A stretch of 64,000 bases of DNA from Antedon mediterranea (taxonomy: Eukaryota > Animalia > Echinodermata). Numbering within the stretch: position 1 is the first letter of the stretch; every line of letters starts with the position of its first letter. This document shows positions 50,781 through 64,000 of the stretch, piece by piece. The position numbers and the translations under genes were made by a program. Under the pieces are notes generated by a model. The model was given only the letters and a program-made list of their open reading frames with translations, was not told where the DNA came from and searched no databases. Where the stretch lies: positions 25,916,001-25,980,000 of the forward strand of contig NC_092674.1 in assembly GCF_964355755.1 (NCBI RefSeq), read 5' to 3'.

Positions 50781-50890
50781 GGCCCGTTCAGACTTTGTAA
50801 TTTACCCGGATAAGTTGAATACCTCCTACCAAATTTAGTGATAATTAGTCCATGAAGTAACTAAGTGGGTAAATTAATTAAGCCTGCATG
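50781..50890. mobile_element. Degenerate relative of the 8022-8319 MITE without the tandem expansion
   Basis: GGCCCGTTCAGACTTTGTAATTTACCCGG...GGGTAAATTAATTAAGCCTG. Confidence 0.55.
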
Positions 50891-50904
50891 ATCATAGTTT
50901 GTAG

Positions 50905-51345
50905 GCGCGTATCCACCAAACTAATTTGACAAAAAAAGTGTGATGTACCCAAATATTGAAGTGATATGACATCATCGTGTTCCTCTGTATGGGCACATCC
51001 CATTTATTATTATTATTATTATTATTAGTATTAGTGTTATTATTATATCAATATTTATAAAGCGTCAATTCAAAGACCGAGGTACAAAATCCAAGGCGCT
51101 GGGCATGTTAGTGGTCGATAAAATGAGTTTTGAGCAATTTGTTTAAATAAGGCAACAGAAGAGCAGTGTTTAATTTGTGGGGGGAGTGAATTCCAGAGTG
51201 TGGGTGCTGCAAAAGAAAACGATCTATGACCAAAGGTTTTAGTGGCTATGCGTGTATAGAACAGAGAGTAAAAAATCATCAGATGATCTAAGAGTCCGTC
51301 CAGGAACAAAAGGTGATTAATTTGTCACATAATGCTTGATAGTGT
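50905..51345. mobile_element. MITE family A, copy 7, split by an L2 3' fragment (51005-51322, minus strand)
   Basis: MITE breaks at GGGCACATCCCATT and resumes at TTGTCACATAATGCTTGATAGTGT. The insert is the reverse complement of about 41188-41478. Confidence 0.85.
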
Positions 51346-54300
51346 TTTTTTTTTCTCTAATAATATAATAAAATATAATAATATCGAACCTGAACCAGGA
51401 TATGTATGTAGGCCTATCATATTTCATATTGATGTACCGTATTAAACTTGAATTTGTGTCTTCTTATAACATGCTTTGATATTATGCCTATTAGCCTGTG
51501 AAATTCAATATTGTATTCAATGCTCCCCGCATGATGTACGCAAATTGAGGTAAATCATGATCAGGCCAATCATGATGGAATTATTCTAATTTTTGGATAA
51601 TTCTACGTAGATTTTTAATCTTAATCTAAAGGAATGTATGATGGCACGACAGAAACATGTTCGAATTCAAAACAACATTACTTCCATGAAACAATAATGG
51701 AATAAATAAGGAATAATATATACAAATAGCAGTAAATCTGGGGGGAGGGGGTGGGGGTTGGAGTAAGAAGGCAGGATCCCAGAAAGATACGAGATATTGA
51801 GTCTGGTGTGCATGGGACATGGCGAACTATAATTATTCAAGTGCCAACAGACTCATCACAGACTCCCATAGAGATTGACATGTGTAAAGTTATTACAATA
51901 ACTTTCTTTCCGATAATAAGATATATCGGGGAGACGACAACCAAATAACATTAATTGCTTAGAGTTGTAATGATTGAGAATAAGTTAATTGCATTGGGAA
52001 CTCTAATTTGACAGCTAGCTTGGATGGTTCTATAGATGAATATCAATGTGATATCCCATCGAGGGATGTGAAGAAGAACTAAGGTACTTAATCCTCGGGA
52101 TGATGATGAATCAAATAGCGTTATTGATTGAAGCATATACTAATGTGTTTTCATTTGATAGATATGATGCTCACATATCAATCGAATGTTTCGAGGTTTA
52201 ATTACAGTTCAAGGATATATATATATATATTAATCTGTAAATTCTCACCTAAAATCTTCATCGAAACTAATTAATAGTAGGTATGGGACGCCAAAGGTTT
52301 AATCTTTTGATTAGGCGTTTCATTCATTTATATACATGTTTTTTGGGTTTTTTAAGTTTTGGAAAATCATTTAATCTATACCAATAGATTACACATTTTT
52401 CTTCTTTTTTTTTTAGGAATACTTTGTAATTACCTAAGGCATTTTAAACATGTTACCTGTTTATTTTATTATACATTACATTATAACATTGCGAACACCT
52501 TCAGAACTAAGGACTTAATAGGGGTATCTCAAAGTTATAGGTTATGTATATTCAAAAAGGTTGGAGTTAAAAGGCAATTATGATGTTGGATATGCAATTT
52601 AGGTAACTTGAATTTGTTTTTTCTTCTAAATTGTAGGATTAGAATTAGAATTCTATTTTGAAAAACACGATTGATAATAGTTTAATTAAGTTTAATTAAT
52701 TTGTTTAATCATTGTAACACTTGATAGTAGTTGATGGAATCCACCCATAGATATATATATACAGTATACACTTCCGCTCTTTGGTGTGATCGTTCAATTA
52801 GAGTAAGAAATAGTTATTTAGTTAGAAATATACACTTTTAGAAATAAAGTGGTTTTCCATTTTTGTATTTGTCTTTCGAGGGATTAACCCACCTTTATTA
52901 TTTCCACTTGTTTCCCCCTTTTTTCATTACTTATAAATAAGTTGACATCATTAATACAAATGTGTTAACATGGTAAAAGGTATGAATACTTAATTTATAG
53001 AAATTGTATTCTAAGTGTATTTTTTGTCATGTGTAGTCTTCATGCTTGATGACGCGAAACACTATTTTTTTACCAATTAAACGCATATAAAACGCTTTTA
53101 GGATGTTCGAAGAAAAACGGTTATGAATTTATCAATGTTAAAAAGAATGTTCAATAGTAGTTAATGTACCGCATGCGTTTGTATGCTCAGCAGCCATGCG
53201 TTACTAATGAGTTACTTTACATACACGCGCACCATGTAAGTGGAGAAAATCTCATGAGATTTCGGTACGTGTGAATCGGGGCCAAGACGCAATAAACCGA
53301 ACCAGAATAAATTGTCGATATAGTGATGTACACAGCCCGTGTGAAACTAGTTCTATCAATAATGTTAACACTGTTACATATGTTATTAGAGCATATCAAA
53401 AGTACATTCATGTATTAAATGAGATTGCATAATATGGTGATATTGAAAAGTAGGACGAATGTTATTTATTCATTAATTTCCTTCAATTCGGATAATACAT
53501 ATACATTTGCTAAATTTGCCTATCAATTGCTCTCCTTACGCCAGTCCATTGTTTTTAACAAGTCATTTTTAACATATTTATTTACATATACAGTTTTTTC
53601 TCTCTCTCTCTTTTTCTCCTTCTACTCGGAAAATGAGAAAAAGAGGTTTGGTGTAGTAAGTCTGTTTAAAGTAGTTATTTTATTGATTGATTGATTTTTA
53701 ATCCGTGTCTATTTTTAACCAGAGTCTATTTATAATTGTTATTTTATATATTCACTCATAAGCAGGAAGTAGGTGGTCTGGTATTACACAAGAGTGTGAT
53801 TAAATAAATAAATAAATATTAAAAAAAAACATGTAAAACAAAAATAGAAACATTTTCAGCAGGAAATTAACAATAGCATCTTCTACAAAAACAACCTACA
53901 ATATCTTAATATCAATTTGCATCAACGCTGATGCAGGTTTGATTGTGAAAGATTTATGGTTTTAATTAGACTATTAGCTTACAACTGTCTGTTCTTAAAA
54001 CTTTGAATATTCATAAAATGAGGGAACGTTATTCGTAACAAACATCATGCTTGTTATAGAACAAGTCTACATTAGATAACTTTAGTAGCTTACGTAACTA
54101 GTTATTAAAGCAAACTCTAAACGAGTTCACAGTACTGTACCTTCACTGAATTTACTACATAGAGTCATCACATATATTTAACTGACTTTTCACTTCAACG
54201 TCTAATTCGTATTATAATAACGCAGATTAGATATCAAAATACACATCCAGATTAGATTGAGTCATGTATAAGTTGTGTTTCATACTGTACGTACAACTTG

Positions 54301-55707
54301 AAACAGATGGTAATAATAATATTATAATTATGATAAACATACTAATTTCTATTAGACTAGTCAGAAAACAAATTGCCTCATCTGAAAACGTTTCTAATGG
54401 ATTCACTTAATTTGAAAATACTTTTTTTTTCATCTAAATTCTATCTATCTATAAAAAAGATGAAATGACACCATGTTCATCAATGCAGGTGAAACCTGAT
54501 CAATGTAAGTGCTTTGTGGTGGTTTTATGAGTTTATACTTTTTCCTCAGTTACTATGGTTTTTACAATTATTACAAAGCATTTTCAGTATTTCACTATAT
54601 CATTTTAAGCGTAGGCCTATAATATAAAAGATTAATTTTAGAGATTGATTTTAAACAATGTCGGTTGTATTACAGAACAGTACAGTATACTGTACGGTAC
54701 CATTCCATGTTAAGAACACTTAATCTTATGTTCATCTATCATTGTTACTCTTATTTTATATAACTATTGGAAGTTTGGTAAGTTTTAATGTTAAGGATGT
54801 TTTGTTGCCTATGTATGATACACAACATATAACCATATAATGTAAAGCAGGTGCTCCATCTTCTGCAACAACAAAAACCCTGCACATGCTGGCAAGCATG
54901 AACTCGTGGACAATATAGTATTTAATAAACATAGATTTGCAATAGTCAGTTATATATTATCTAGTCATGTCAGCTCTATCTATGTGATCTTCTTTCTCTT
55001 TTCTTTTCTCGTGTTTTGTGCTTCGTTTTCAAGTTAGTTTTGTGGGTTTTTATTTTATGTGATAAAGCATCTTCAATTTGAAAACTTTATGCATAAACAC
55101 AATTATAATAGGGCAATTTGTAAGAAATCTGAGATAGGCGTGTGTCAAACGCATTTTGCGCTTCAATCTCTTCATAAGTGGTTTTTAATAGATGAGTGCG
55201 TGTATACGATTGTTCGTTTGTTTATAATAATTTGACGATTATCGGTTCAAAGGTCAATCGTTAAAATATTAGATACGGAATCGTGTATCACTTAATGTCA
55301 GTGTATAAGACGCTTTAATCATATCAATCAATTAATTACAATCTTATATGAGAGTTTATTTTAAACAAAAAATATGATTTATTTATTATTATAATCTAGA
55401 CATATCTGGTTGTGCAGTACTGTAGTAATAAACACATTCACAAAACCCAACCATCTCATATGCACTATGTTCTTCTTCTTCTTCTTTTTTCGCAAATGAG
55501 ATATTCCATAATAGATTTTACCAATCTCATGCCATTAGAGCACTGGATAGAGATTGATGATATATGGTTGTACTGTTTATCTGTATTGCTTTTGTTTGTC
55601 TTGTGTACGCTCTTAACTACACACTTTTCTATGTATATATTTCTATGCAAATCGACATCGATCAAACAGAACGGAGTTATGAAATAATAACACTTTATAA
55701 TAGGAAT

Positions 55708-56960
55708 CAGACCTTGATTTAAAAGGAGCGCCATGGCGCTGACGCTCCTTGGCGCTCCTGAAAACGATCAAAGGAGCGCCTAAAATAGCGCTCCCCAACC
55801 TGTTACAGTGCGTCATAAAAATATATATAATGATAAGAATATTAACCCCGAATACAACACACAGTCTATATATAGTCGCGCAAACGATCTTTGTTATGGC
55901 TACCCCCGATAGGCTAGGCGCGCCTACGATCTTTGATGTTGGAGAAAAATATCGTAAACAATTCATTCTAAATAATAGTATCAGAACGTTCAATCGGTAG
56001 CTCAAAAAGACTGCCGTCAGAAGACCGTAATTATACAGACCTAGTTTTTTTGGTCACATGGCATGAAACGCGATACTCTCTGCTTTACCGCAACATCTCA
56101 CATGTTTTTTTTTAAACAACTCAGTATGTGAGGGTGGTGCGGGGGGTGGTGGCTGCCGACGATAAACAGTAATTATAGATCGTGTACCTGGATTTTGTGT
56201 CACATGACATGAAACACTCTCTCTGATCTTAATAACTGCTCACATGTTTTCCCCTCCAAATTCTGGTCGGGCCTTTTCTTATACACATGTTGCCTTTATA
56301 TTAAATCTTATAGTAATTAATATGGAATAGGCCCTATATATTTATTTTGCATATATTTTGTTGGTGTCCTAGCCTAGGTGTCGTTGTTTTTATAATTCGC
56401 TAACTCAAGGTAGGATTAAATAATTTATAGTGTAGGCCGCCGAAACTAGACTAGGCCTAGATAGATAGCCTCGACTCTCTCTGCGTGAGCTGAGAGGTCC
56501 ACGGACCCGATGTCGTCTCGTCGGCGGATTTCCGTCCAAATTAGGATAACCGATGCGTAGGCCTAGCTAGGGTGGCTACAAAAATTGACGTCTACTATCT
56601 TTAGATAGGATTTTAATTAGCAAACAATACATTGTTTGTTTGCATTGTCCATGCTTCTAAAGTAAAGGCGATGACAATGGTGTTTACTAACCCTACGAAC
56701 CACCCTACGATCGACGCGTAGATAATTATCATAACAATACATCGTAGACTACGTTCAGAGAACAATGACCTACGATGAATTTTACGTGCGAGAGTACCAT
56801 TTCCGGCCATCTAGAGGTGTCATTTATCAAAATTCGGCTCGCCACAGGCCCAACCATGGTGGGCCTGTGCCTCGAATACTTAATCTAAATAATGGCTCTC
56901 CTCAACATATTGAGGAGAGCCATTAGGAGCTCTCCTCTTATATTTATAAATCAAGGTCTG
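55708..56960. mobile_element. Non-autonomous hAT-like DNA transposon with a 6-bp TSD (1253 bp)
   Basis: AGGAAT|CAGACCTTGATTTA...TAAATCAAGGTCTG|AGGAAT. Subterminal GGAGCGCC/GGCGCTCC repeats on the left and GGAGAGCC/GGCTCTCC on the right. Internal ~85-bp direct repeat (about 56028 and 56170). Confidence 0.88.
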
Positions 56961-57783
56961 AGGAATGTTTCGTAATGTTATATGGTAGGAAATTCACAAT
57001 TTATGTAGGTCACATTCGAGGCATTCTTCTTAATGAAAAAAGATATATAAAACGAAAGAACAATACATTGTATAGGAAAACACTACCGGTATCCAATTTA
57101 ATAAGGTGTGGTTGATTTTATTGCAAAGTGCAAAGCCAGGTTGCATAGGTTTCTGTTTCAGGTCTAAATTAACGAAGTACTAACCCTTAATTCTAGCTTA
57201 AACTAAACTAGTTCAAATTGATAGGTTTGAATTGATAGATATAAGTCTTTTCTAGAATTAAGCGTGTGCATATAGGTTCAATAAGATGTATCAAATACCA
57301 GGAAATTATTACTTTGGGTGTAGATTAAAACACAATTGAATGTCTAAGTTATTTTGGCGCTATTGCCTTAGGTTGTTATCTACACTGTAAAAATAGTGTT
57401 TAGTATCTTTTAACATGTGTTTGTACCCGCTTTTTCCACACATTTAGCCTTAAACTTAAATGTCATAAAAGATTAAAAGAGGAATGTGGGAGTTTCAGAA
57501 TAGATACAGAAAACATAGGCCCTACTGCTACAAATACAATTTAACATGAATAAATATATAATAATTATGCTTTATCAGATTTATATATTCAATCATTTTT
57601 ATAATAAGGCTCGTGTTGAATAGAGTAATTTTACGTACGTTTTCATTTTTTTAAACTTTGTTATAGATTATGTTTATGTTTTCTGCAAATGAATGAGCGG
57701 TATAGGACCGAATTTTCAGTACGTCGTGTTGGAGAAAGTCGTTAAATACACTGATATACAAAAGTAAACAACTGTCAACTTAC

Positions 57784-58608
57784 CGTAAATGGAAGCCAGC
57801 TTAAAGAGTAACAGAACGACATCACCATTATCAAACGTGAAAACTTTAAAGTGTCTCTCTTTTGTTTATCCCAAGATGAACTTTGTCTATAAGGCCTACG
57901 CACACTTCCACCGGCCGCCGACTTAGCAGTTTTACGTAAATCTCGCATCGTCAACAACAACAACGTATTAGCAATTGCCATTACAATCCAACTCAGTATG
58001 TAATTTAAAACGTACAGAAATATCACAATTTTTCCGCGTATCGTCCCATCATCGTCCTGGGAATATAGGCACACTCCTTCAGGATATTTAACTATGACTC
58101 GGAGAAACAATGGAATGGAAGAAAGACAGCAACTGTAGAGCACAATCCCAATTAGAAGTTTAACAGCTAAATTGAAATTAAAAATAGCTGTATGCTTAAA
58201 TGGCCACCGTATCGCTAAACATCGTTCTACGCTCATTAGTACTGTAATCAAAACAATAACATTTCCAGCCCAAAGAAAGATAAACGCTGTGAAGTAACAT
58301 ACAGGATCATCCTCATCATACAGATTACCTTTAAGTTGTTCCGCGAATGACAGAGGGTAGGTTAAAATTACCATTAGTAGGCTTACCATCGCTAAACTAC
58401 CAATAAACAGATGTGGAATATTATCTTGTTTTCTAGGGCTTAAGTTGTAGATGTTGACAAACGCAACCAGATTTAAAACTACAGCTGAGATAATAGCCAA
58501 GAGAGTTACTATAGCCATGAATTTATTTTGTTTAAGACAAGTAGTCACTTCTAGATCTGGATTATCAAACGAAGTTGTCAAAAAGGTTACAGAGTTGTTC
58601 TCCGCCAT
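57784..58608 (-). CDS. Prostanoid (EP4/EP2-like) receptor-like class A GPCR, coding exon 1 (N-terminus to TM6)
   Basis: ATG at 58608 (MAENNS); VVLNLVA, PVCYFTAF, MSVERCLAIRWPF, YPEGVC, ANTLLLLTM, CYSLSWLPFT. Donor ACG|GTAAGT at the end of TM6, the intron position typical of prostanoid receptors. Confidence 0.88.
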
Positions 58609-59021
58609 CGTTTTTCTTGTCAAGTAGCCCTATCCAACGAAATAACTGTCAAACATTCCAAACGTACCAATTACTGTTCCTTTAAAGATAAAACAATACC
58701 AGATCATTTAAATCACAACAAGGTGTTACATTGTGATTTCTTTAGAAAACAACGGAAGGATTAAAGAAATATGATTGGTCGTATACACATGATGGATCCC
58801 AGTGGTTGCATAAAACATGATGATACATGATGATTGGTTGTATTTACAATCGGCATAACATTATTGATCAACAAGACGACGTTTTGAAGAATACAATAAC
58901 TTAGTATTATTAATTATTTATTCCCGTAAGACAACTAAACAAATATGGGTGTTTAACTGAAGCTTCTCAACTTCAACAATTATTTCACATCCCCGTACTA
59001 TACTGTCGTATCTTAATTTGC

Positions 59022-59182
59022 ACAGTATCATGGACAATTTTCATGATACAGTGTGATATGTTACATTAATGTATCATAGTGATTATTTTTAGGACAATAT
59101 TATTGTCCTTAAAAAGGGGACAATAGGACAGGATGACACACTGTATCATGACATTTTTCCAGCTGTCACATGTAATACTGTA
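59022..59182. repeat. Degenerate foldback element
   Basis: TCATGATACAGTGTG...CACACTGTATCATGA inverted arms. Confidence 0.55.
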
Positions 59183-59805
59183 TTTAGGATTTTATTATGA
59201 TACTATAACATTTATAGATACCCTACACTATTGGAAACGGCTATATTTTGTTATTTTGCATTATCTTAATAGTTTTGTAATGTATTTGTATAACTTGCTA
59301 CGTTAATAGTTCAATACATATACAGACGATATAATAAATTTACCTGTAAGTGTAATCAAAGACCTAATGTTGACAATGTGCAAGGAGGCACGACATGTAG
59401 TTGGAAAGAGATAATGACAAATAATTCTACTGACATTTCTAAGTTGTCCTTAGTCCTTTGAGAAAATTATCGTTTAGCATTTGTTAAACCTTTGCCAAAC
59501 ATTAAAGTCATAACTAGCCAATTGATAGGTTATGTAAGCATTTATGTAAACCATATATGATTTATTCCGTTCAATTAGTAAAAAATCACACAAATAACAT
59601 GAAATCTTAATTCAACCTTTCATTCGTAAGTTGACATTAGAAGAATGTGTGATGTAACGCCGCCGCGTTATTATATGACACAATTCCATTACAGAAATAG
59701 AATAACATTTGAATAATAATAATGTCATAGGAATGTTTATGGCTTATTCGAACAAGAGTTGCTCAAACCTTAGAATGATTATGTTTTGTTTCAGCGAGCC
59801 ATTGA

Positions 59806-59951
59806 AGCTCTATCTACAATATTAAACTAGTTTGTGATGTGCACAAATATGGTAGTGATGTTTCCAAATATGGTAGTGATGGCATCAGCATGTCCACATT
59901 GGCATGACATCACATTTTTTGTCAAACTAGTTTGATAGTGTAGATAGAGCT
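59806..59951. mobile_element. MITE family A, copy 8
   Basis: TGA|AGCTCTATCTACA...TTTGATAGTGTAGATAGAGCT|TAA. Confidence 0.85.
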
Positions 59952-60777
59952 TAAGACATTTTTGTTTATTCAATTCAGGGGATCCGGGTGTGGTATAGAG
60001 GTGGGATTGACATTTTAATAATTTTAGGTACGTCTTGGGGTCCCCTACCTTCCCGGCATTTGCATACAATTGATTTGTAAGTTCGTCCGTTTGTTTATAT
60101 AAGTTGGTTATCTGAACTCTACGCTATCATTTGGTCAGTTAAAATGAGTTATTTTAAGAGTTGATGCGCAAAAAATGGTCACACAGTTTTTAATGCTAAT
60201 ATTAATGTCATCTTAAACTTAATAAATGATAGGCTATTAAGACGTCTGAAGTGAACATCAGATCGTAATTTGAAAACGCAGAACCCTTTAGCATTGATAA
60301 CCAATCAAATTCCAATCTACACTAATCAATGTAATTAGGTGCTTATCCTAGCTGCAGCAACTTATATTAAATCAACCGAACGAATCGACCGAATACAGTA
60401 GTACACTGAATAAATACATAACAAGTAAAACATGGTTTTACAACTAGCTATAACAAGGTAATAAGATAACACAGTGCAAGATCTGGTTGAATTAACAAAT
60501 GTACTTAAATTGTAATGCTAACATACATTGTTAACCTAGTTGGTATTAATATCACGATTATTTCAGCCAAAAGAATATAGAAATAAACGACACCTAATTA
60601 TAGGTATAAAATTAGATTACCTCCATGCTTAGCATTTAGTTTAGGCTAGAAAAGAATCACATATCATCCGGATATTGCCCTATGGTAGCATACACGCCCC
60701 TGACTAATAATACGTTATAGCTAAAGATACAGTACCGTATCCATACTTCTAAAAACTAAAGGTACGGTATTACTTAC

Positions 60778-60916
60778 CGCGTTAACATCATCGTTGTTGT
60801 TTGATATACACACCGAACAGCAATTGAAGTGAACTGATGCCACCTGAATGAGATACGTCTTGAACTAACTATGCGAGAGCGACGTATGAATAAATGATTA
60901 ATCACTTAGCTTTATA
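60778..60916 (-). promoter_or_regulatory. Putative TATA promoter and non-coding first exon of GPCR2
   Basis: Minus-strand TATAAA at 60916-60911, Inr-like TTCATAC about 25 nt downstream, donor GCG|GTAAGT at 60778, and a candidate acceptor TTTTATCTTTAAAG| at 58680. Confidence 0.45.
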
Positions 60917-63691
60917 TGCTGTGAAATTATAACAAAAAAAAGGCGCCAACCTCGAACTAAAAATTGGTTTTAATGATCGTGTGAAAATACTGTAGCAGAC
61001 GATAAAACAACTACTATATTGGAAACGTGAAAGTTATTCTTAGTCTCATTTCAATCTAAACAGTAATGGAAACTGACAATATTATGAGTGTAACTGTTGT
61101 GATATCTGTAATGCGCATGCGCCAATCTGAAACAACAGGACGGTTTCATTTTGGTTATTAAATTACGTGTGTGATACGTGTATGGCTATACTTTCGTGTA
61201 AGATGTGAGAACTAATAAATAACTACTTAATTTTATATTACATAGTATCAAAACAAACAGTACGCGAGTACAATTTACAGTAGTTTTAATTATCACCGGT
61301 ACTGTACGGTATATTTAATTAACCTCATAGAGTGGGTCTTGTACGTACAGTACCTCACCTAGTCTTGGATCCAGACCGTTTCATTTATATTCGAAAAGCC
61401 TCGAGAAGCCTCGAAATAACTACAGACTTCGGGCAAGTTTTGTACCTCACCCATCATACCCATGCAGGGTGGTTTTTAAATATACTGTTTAAACCTTCCC
61501 AGTAAAATTCCGGTCATAGTTTTCTACTCTATTAGCCTAACCCCAGCCTCGATACCTATCCCCATCCCTCAGGCTTCCCGAGAAGAAAAATGACTTGAAA
61601 ACTTTCAATTGCGGTTCTGATACCGGTACCCCATGAGTATTAGGATGCGTACATGGCAAAAAAAACAATCGTAAAAACTCGCTGCTGTACCGTAATAATA
61701 GGCCTAAATCGAAACAAACAACAACATTGAAGACGATACTGAGCCGCACTTATGCATTAAAGTTAGAAACAGGAAATAATGTTGGTAAATAATATTCATG
61801 GGTCTATGCATACTAAAGAAAGCAATAAAATCGTAATAAGATATTTCGATTGTTGATGAACCATTGCGTTAGGATTAAATAATTAAGATTAAATGGAACT
61901 GTAACTTGTCAAAAATTACACGAGCATATTATCGAGGAACGCGTCTCAAAAGGTGCCGCATCCGGACGCGAATGAGTGCCGCGATTGATTTTTATATTAT
62001 TACATAGAAGTCTTTTTTCATTCAACGTTTAAAAAGACTAGGCCTTAAAAGATTACGCACAACTTACAAATCTTCCTTTTTTTGTACAAACCTTAATCAT
62101 TTTAAAACATTGTATGAGAACATAGAATTCGCGAACTAGGCCTACTTTTTAAATGTATGCTCGAGGACATTTTTTTCAATGTTGATTAACAGAAAAACAT
62201 TGCATCTAAAAGTAATATGTAAATGAACGTAATCTATATTAAAATTAATGAAGCCAATGGGCTTAATAATGAATTTGAGATTTCAGACGACGAATTTAAG
62301 ACATCGCATGAAAATTGAACATTTTAAAATGCTAGTCCTACTTCGTAAATTGTATCAAAATTGACAGCCTACCTTAAAGCACATGAACAACAATGGAGAA
62401 ACTTTCTACAGGAATGAAATACTACATCGTTGCAGTGACGGATACAAACTACTACGTTGAAGCTCTGTACTGTGTAAACAGGTAGACTGAATTAATAAGA
62501 GACACGGCTACTAACTAGCAACAAAGGATGAATAGACACGGTTACCAAAATTATACGGTTGAGCCAAGAAGCAGTTTCTTTACTTTATGATTATACATCT
62601 ATGTCAATTTATTTACATACATCTACTAAGCTATTAAGACTGGACTCATGATCCAATAGGTCACGTGTTGGCTATTTATACGGGTTATTTAAGCAGCAGC
62701 ATTGTCATACACCAATTAAGAAAAACGTGAAAACAACACGTTGTTGTATTACGGTCAACTATTTCATCGTCCATCGATCATTATTGTAGATACACTGTAC
62801 TTTTTGCAGTTTTAAAGATGCATCACAACTCTTTACATTACCATTTTAATTGATCATAAATAATAGTAAGGTGACCAATCCGCTCTAAATATTTTAGCAT
62901 TATCTATTTTCAGTTAGTTATTATTGTATATGGTACAAAAACTGTCAAGTATATTAAACACCATAGCTCTAATTGTTCATCTATCTTCTCAAATACATTT
63001 ATTTTTAAGATAAGATTTCTTCCATTATCTGCTTTCCAAACCCATGCTATCATATCAGATAGCTGCATAGCATGGTCGATCTATCCATCAAAATAAATTT
63101 AACTTAAATAATCATAAAAAATATCATATTTGTCATATAAAAGACGAATACCTATAGTTAAGAAAACTCAGTAAAATCTATCCATTATCTCTTTCAATAT
63201 AGAAGAATATCAAATAGCTAATGGGTAACATACAATCGTTTTAAATAAAAATAAGTAGAATAAAAAATGCATATCAGGATAAAAATTAATTCTGATTTAT
63301 TTACATAAATATATTTTTATAAATTCACAGTAATCGTAACTTCATAGATTGGTTTTTCAGCAGCATGAATACCTACCAATTAATCTTACTTTTGTAACTA
63401 TTTTTCCTGTTAATTAACTAAATTTATAGTTTGTTTGAGTGCCATAAATAATGACAGCGCATCTTATTGTAGCATGCACCGTATAAAATAATAGTCTCAT
63501 ATGCTATCATCAATTTGCAACTGTATAATGTTCAGACACCAGTGCATGATTAACCACGAAAAGCTCACATTAAATTATTTCCTTTTGTTTCTATTTTTAG
63601 AACTAGACATTCACATTTTAAATGTAATTATACCTGGTAATAAATTAAATTAAACTAATAATCGGATCTTTTGTGACACATACTAGATTTA

Positions 63692-63723
63692 AGCCGATTT
63701 TCCACTAGGCGAATTTGTTCGCG
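63692..63723 (+). mobile_element. Left end of a Harbinger-type MITE
   Basis: TTA|AGCCGATTTTCCACTAGGCGAATTTGTTCGCG resembles family B TIRs. No right end is visible. Confidence 0.4.
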
Positions 63724-64000
63724 TTAACTTATACGCATAGAGAGGATTTGGACGCGTATAAGCTGAAGTTGTGTACTACATTTATATTAGTCACCAGCTA
63801 GATTCTGTTTGTTTAAAGTTGCCTTTAATTACATTCGTTGGTAGGCTACTTTATTTACCGTTATGCATTACGTAAGTATCTCTTATAGATTATTCACGCA
63901 TACTAATAGCACAAAACTGTAAACAATGTTGAAACTTCTTCTTGCATTTACCAACCATCACCGCTGTCGAACAATCGCGCGCCGCATCAAACTTTCGGAC

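Noticed and set aside
56891-56924. Stand-alone terminator or pre-miRNA hairpin
   Set aside because: Explained by inverted subterminal repeats of the 55708-56960 transposon.
57775-58623. GPCR2 as a single-exon 282-aa gene starting at TTG 58623
   Set aside because: It has only six TMs. A consensus donor at 57784 and an in-phase TM7 exon exist, and the first ATG is at 58608.
61360-61430. Academ-like left end TAGTCTTGGATCCAGACC
   Set aside because: No matching right TIR or TSD was found.

Overview
AT-rich, repeat-dense animal genomic DNA, probably a marine invertebrate such as an echinoderm (inferred from receptor types and TE content, not proven). It holds two convergent, intron-split class A GPCR genes. 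(1) A prokineticin-receptor-like gene on + (coding exons 7389-7933 and 37065-37845, 441 aa), split inside the DRY codon by a 29-kb TE-filled intron. (2) An atypical prostanoid-receptor-like gene on - (coding exons 58608-57784 and 48130-47917, plus a terminal exon at 46498-46347 absent from the ORF track that ends in the PDZ ligand ITSV). The rest is LINE fragments (L2, Rex/Babar-like, RTE, CR1-group), PIF/Harbinger-type MITEs, a non-autonomous Helitron with both ends, Helentron-type HINEs, a hAT-like element with a 6-bp TSD, and several satellites. Most notable: the degenerate ligand and activation motifs and alternative C-tails of GPCR2, a 287-bp satellite built entirely from hairpins between the two gene ends, and about 30 TAGGCCTA octamers that look like small insertions or footprints. 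All coordinates and counts were read by eye.
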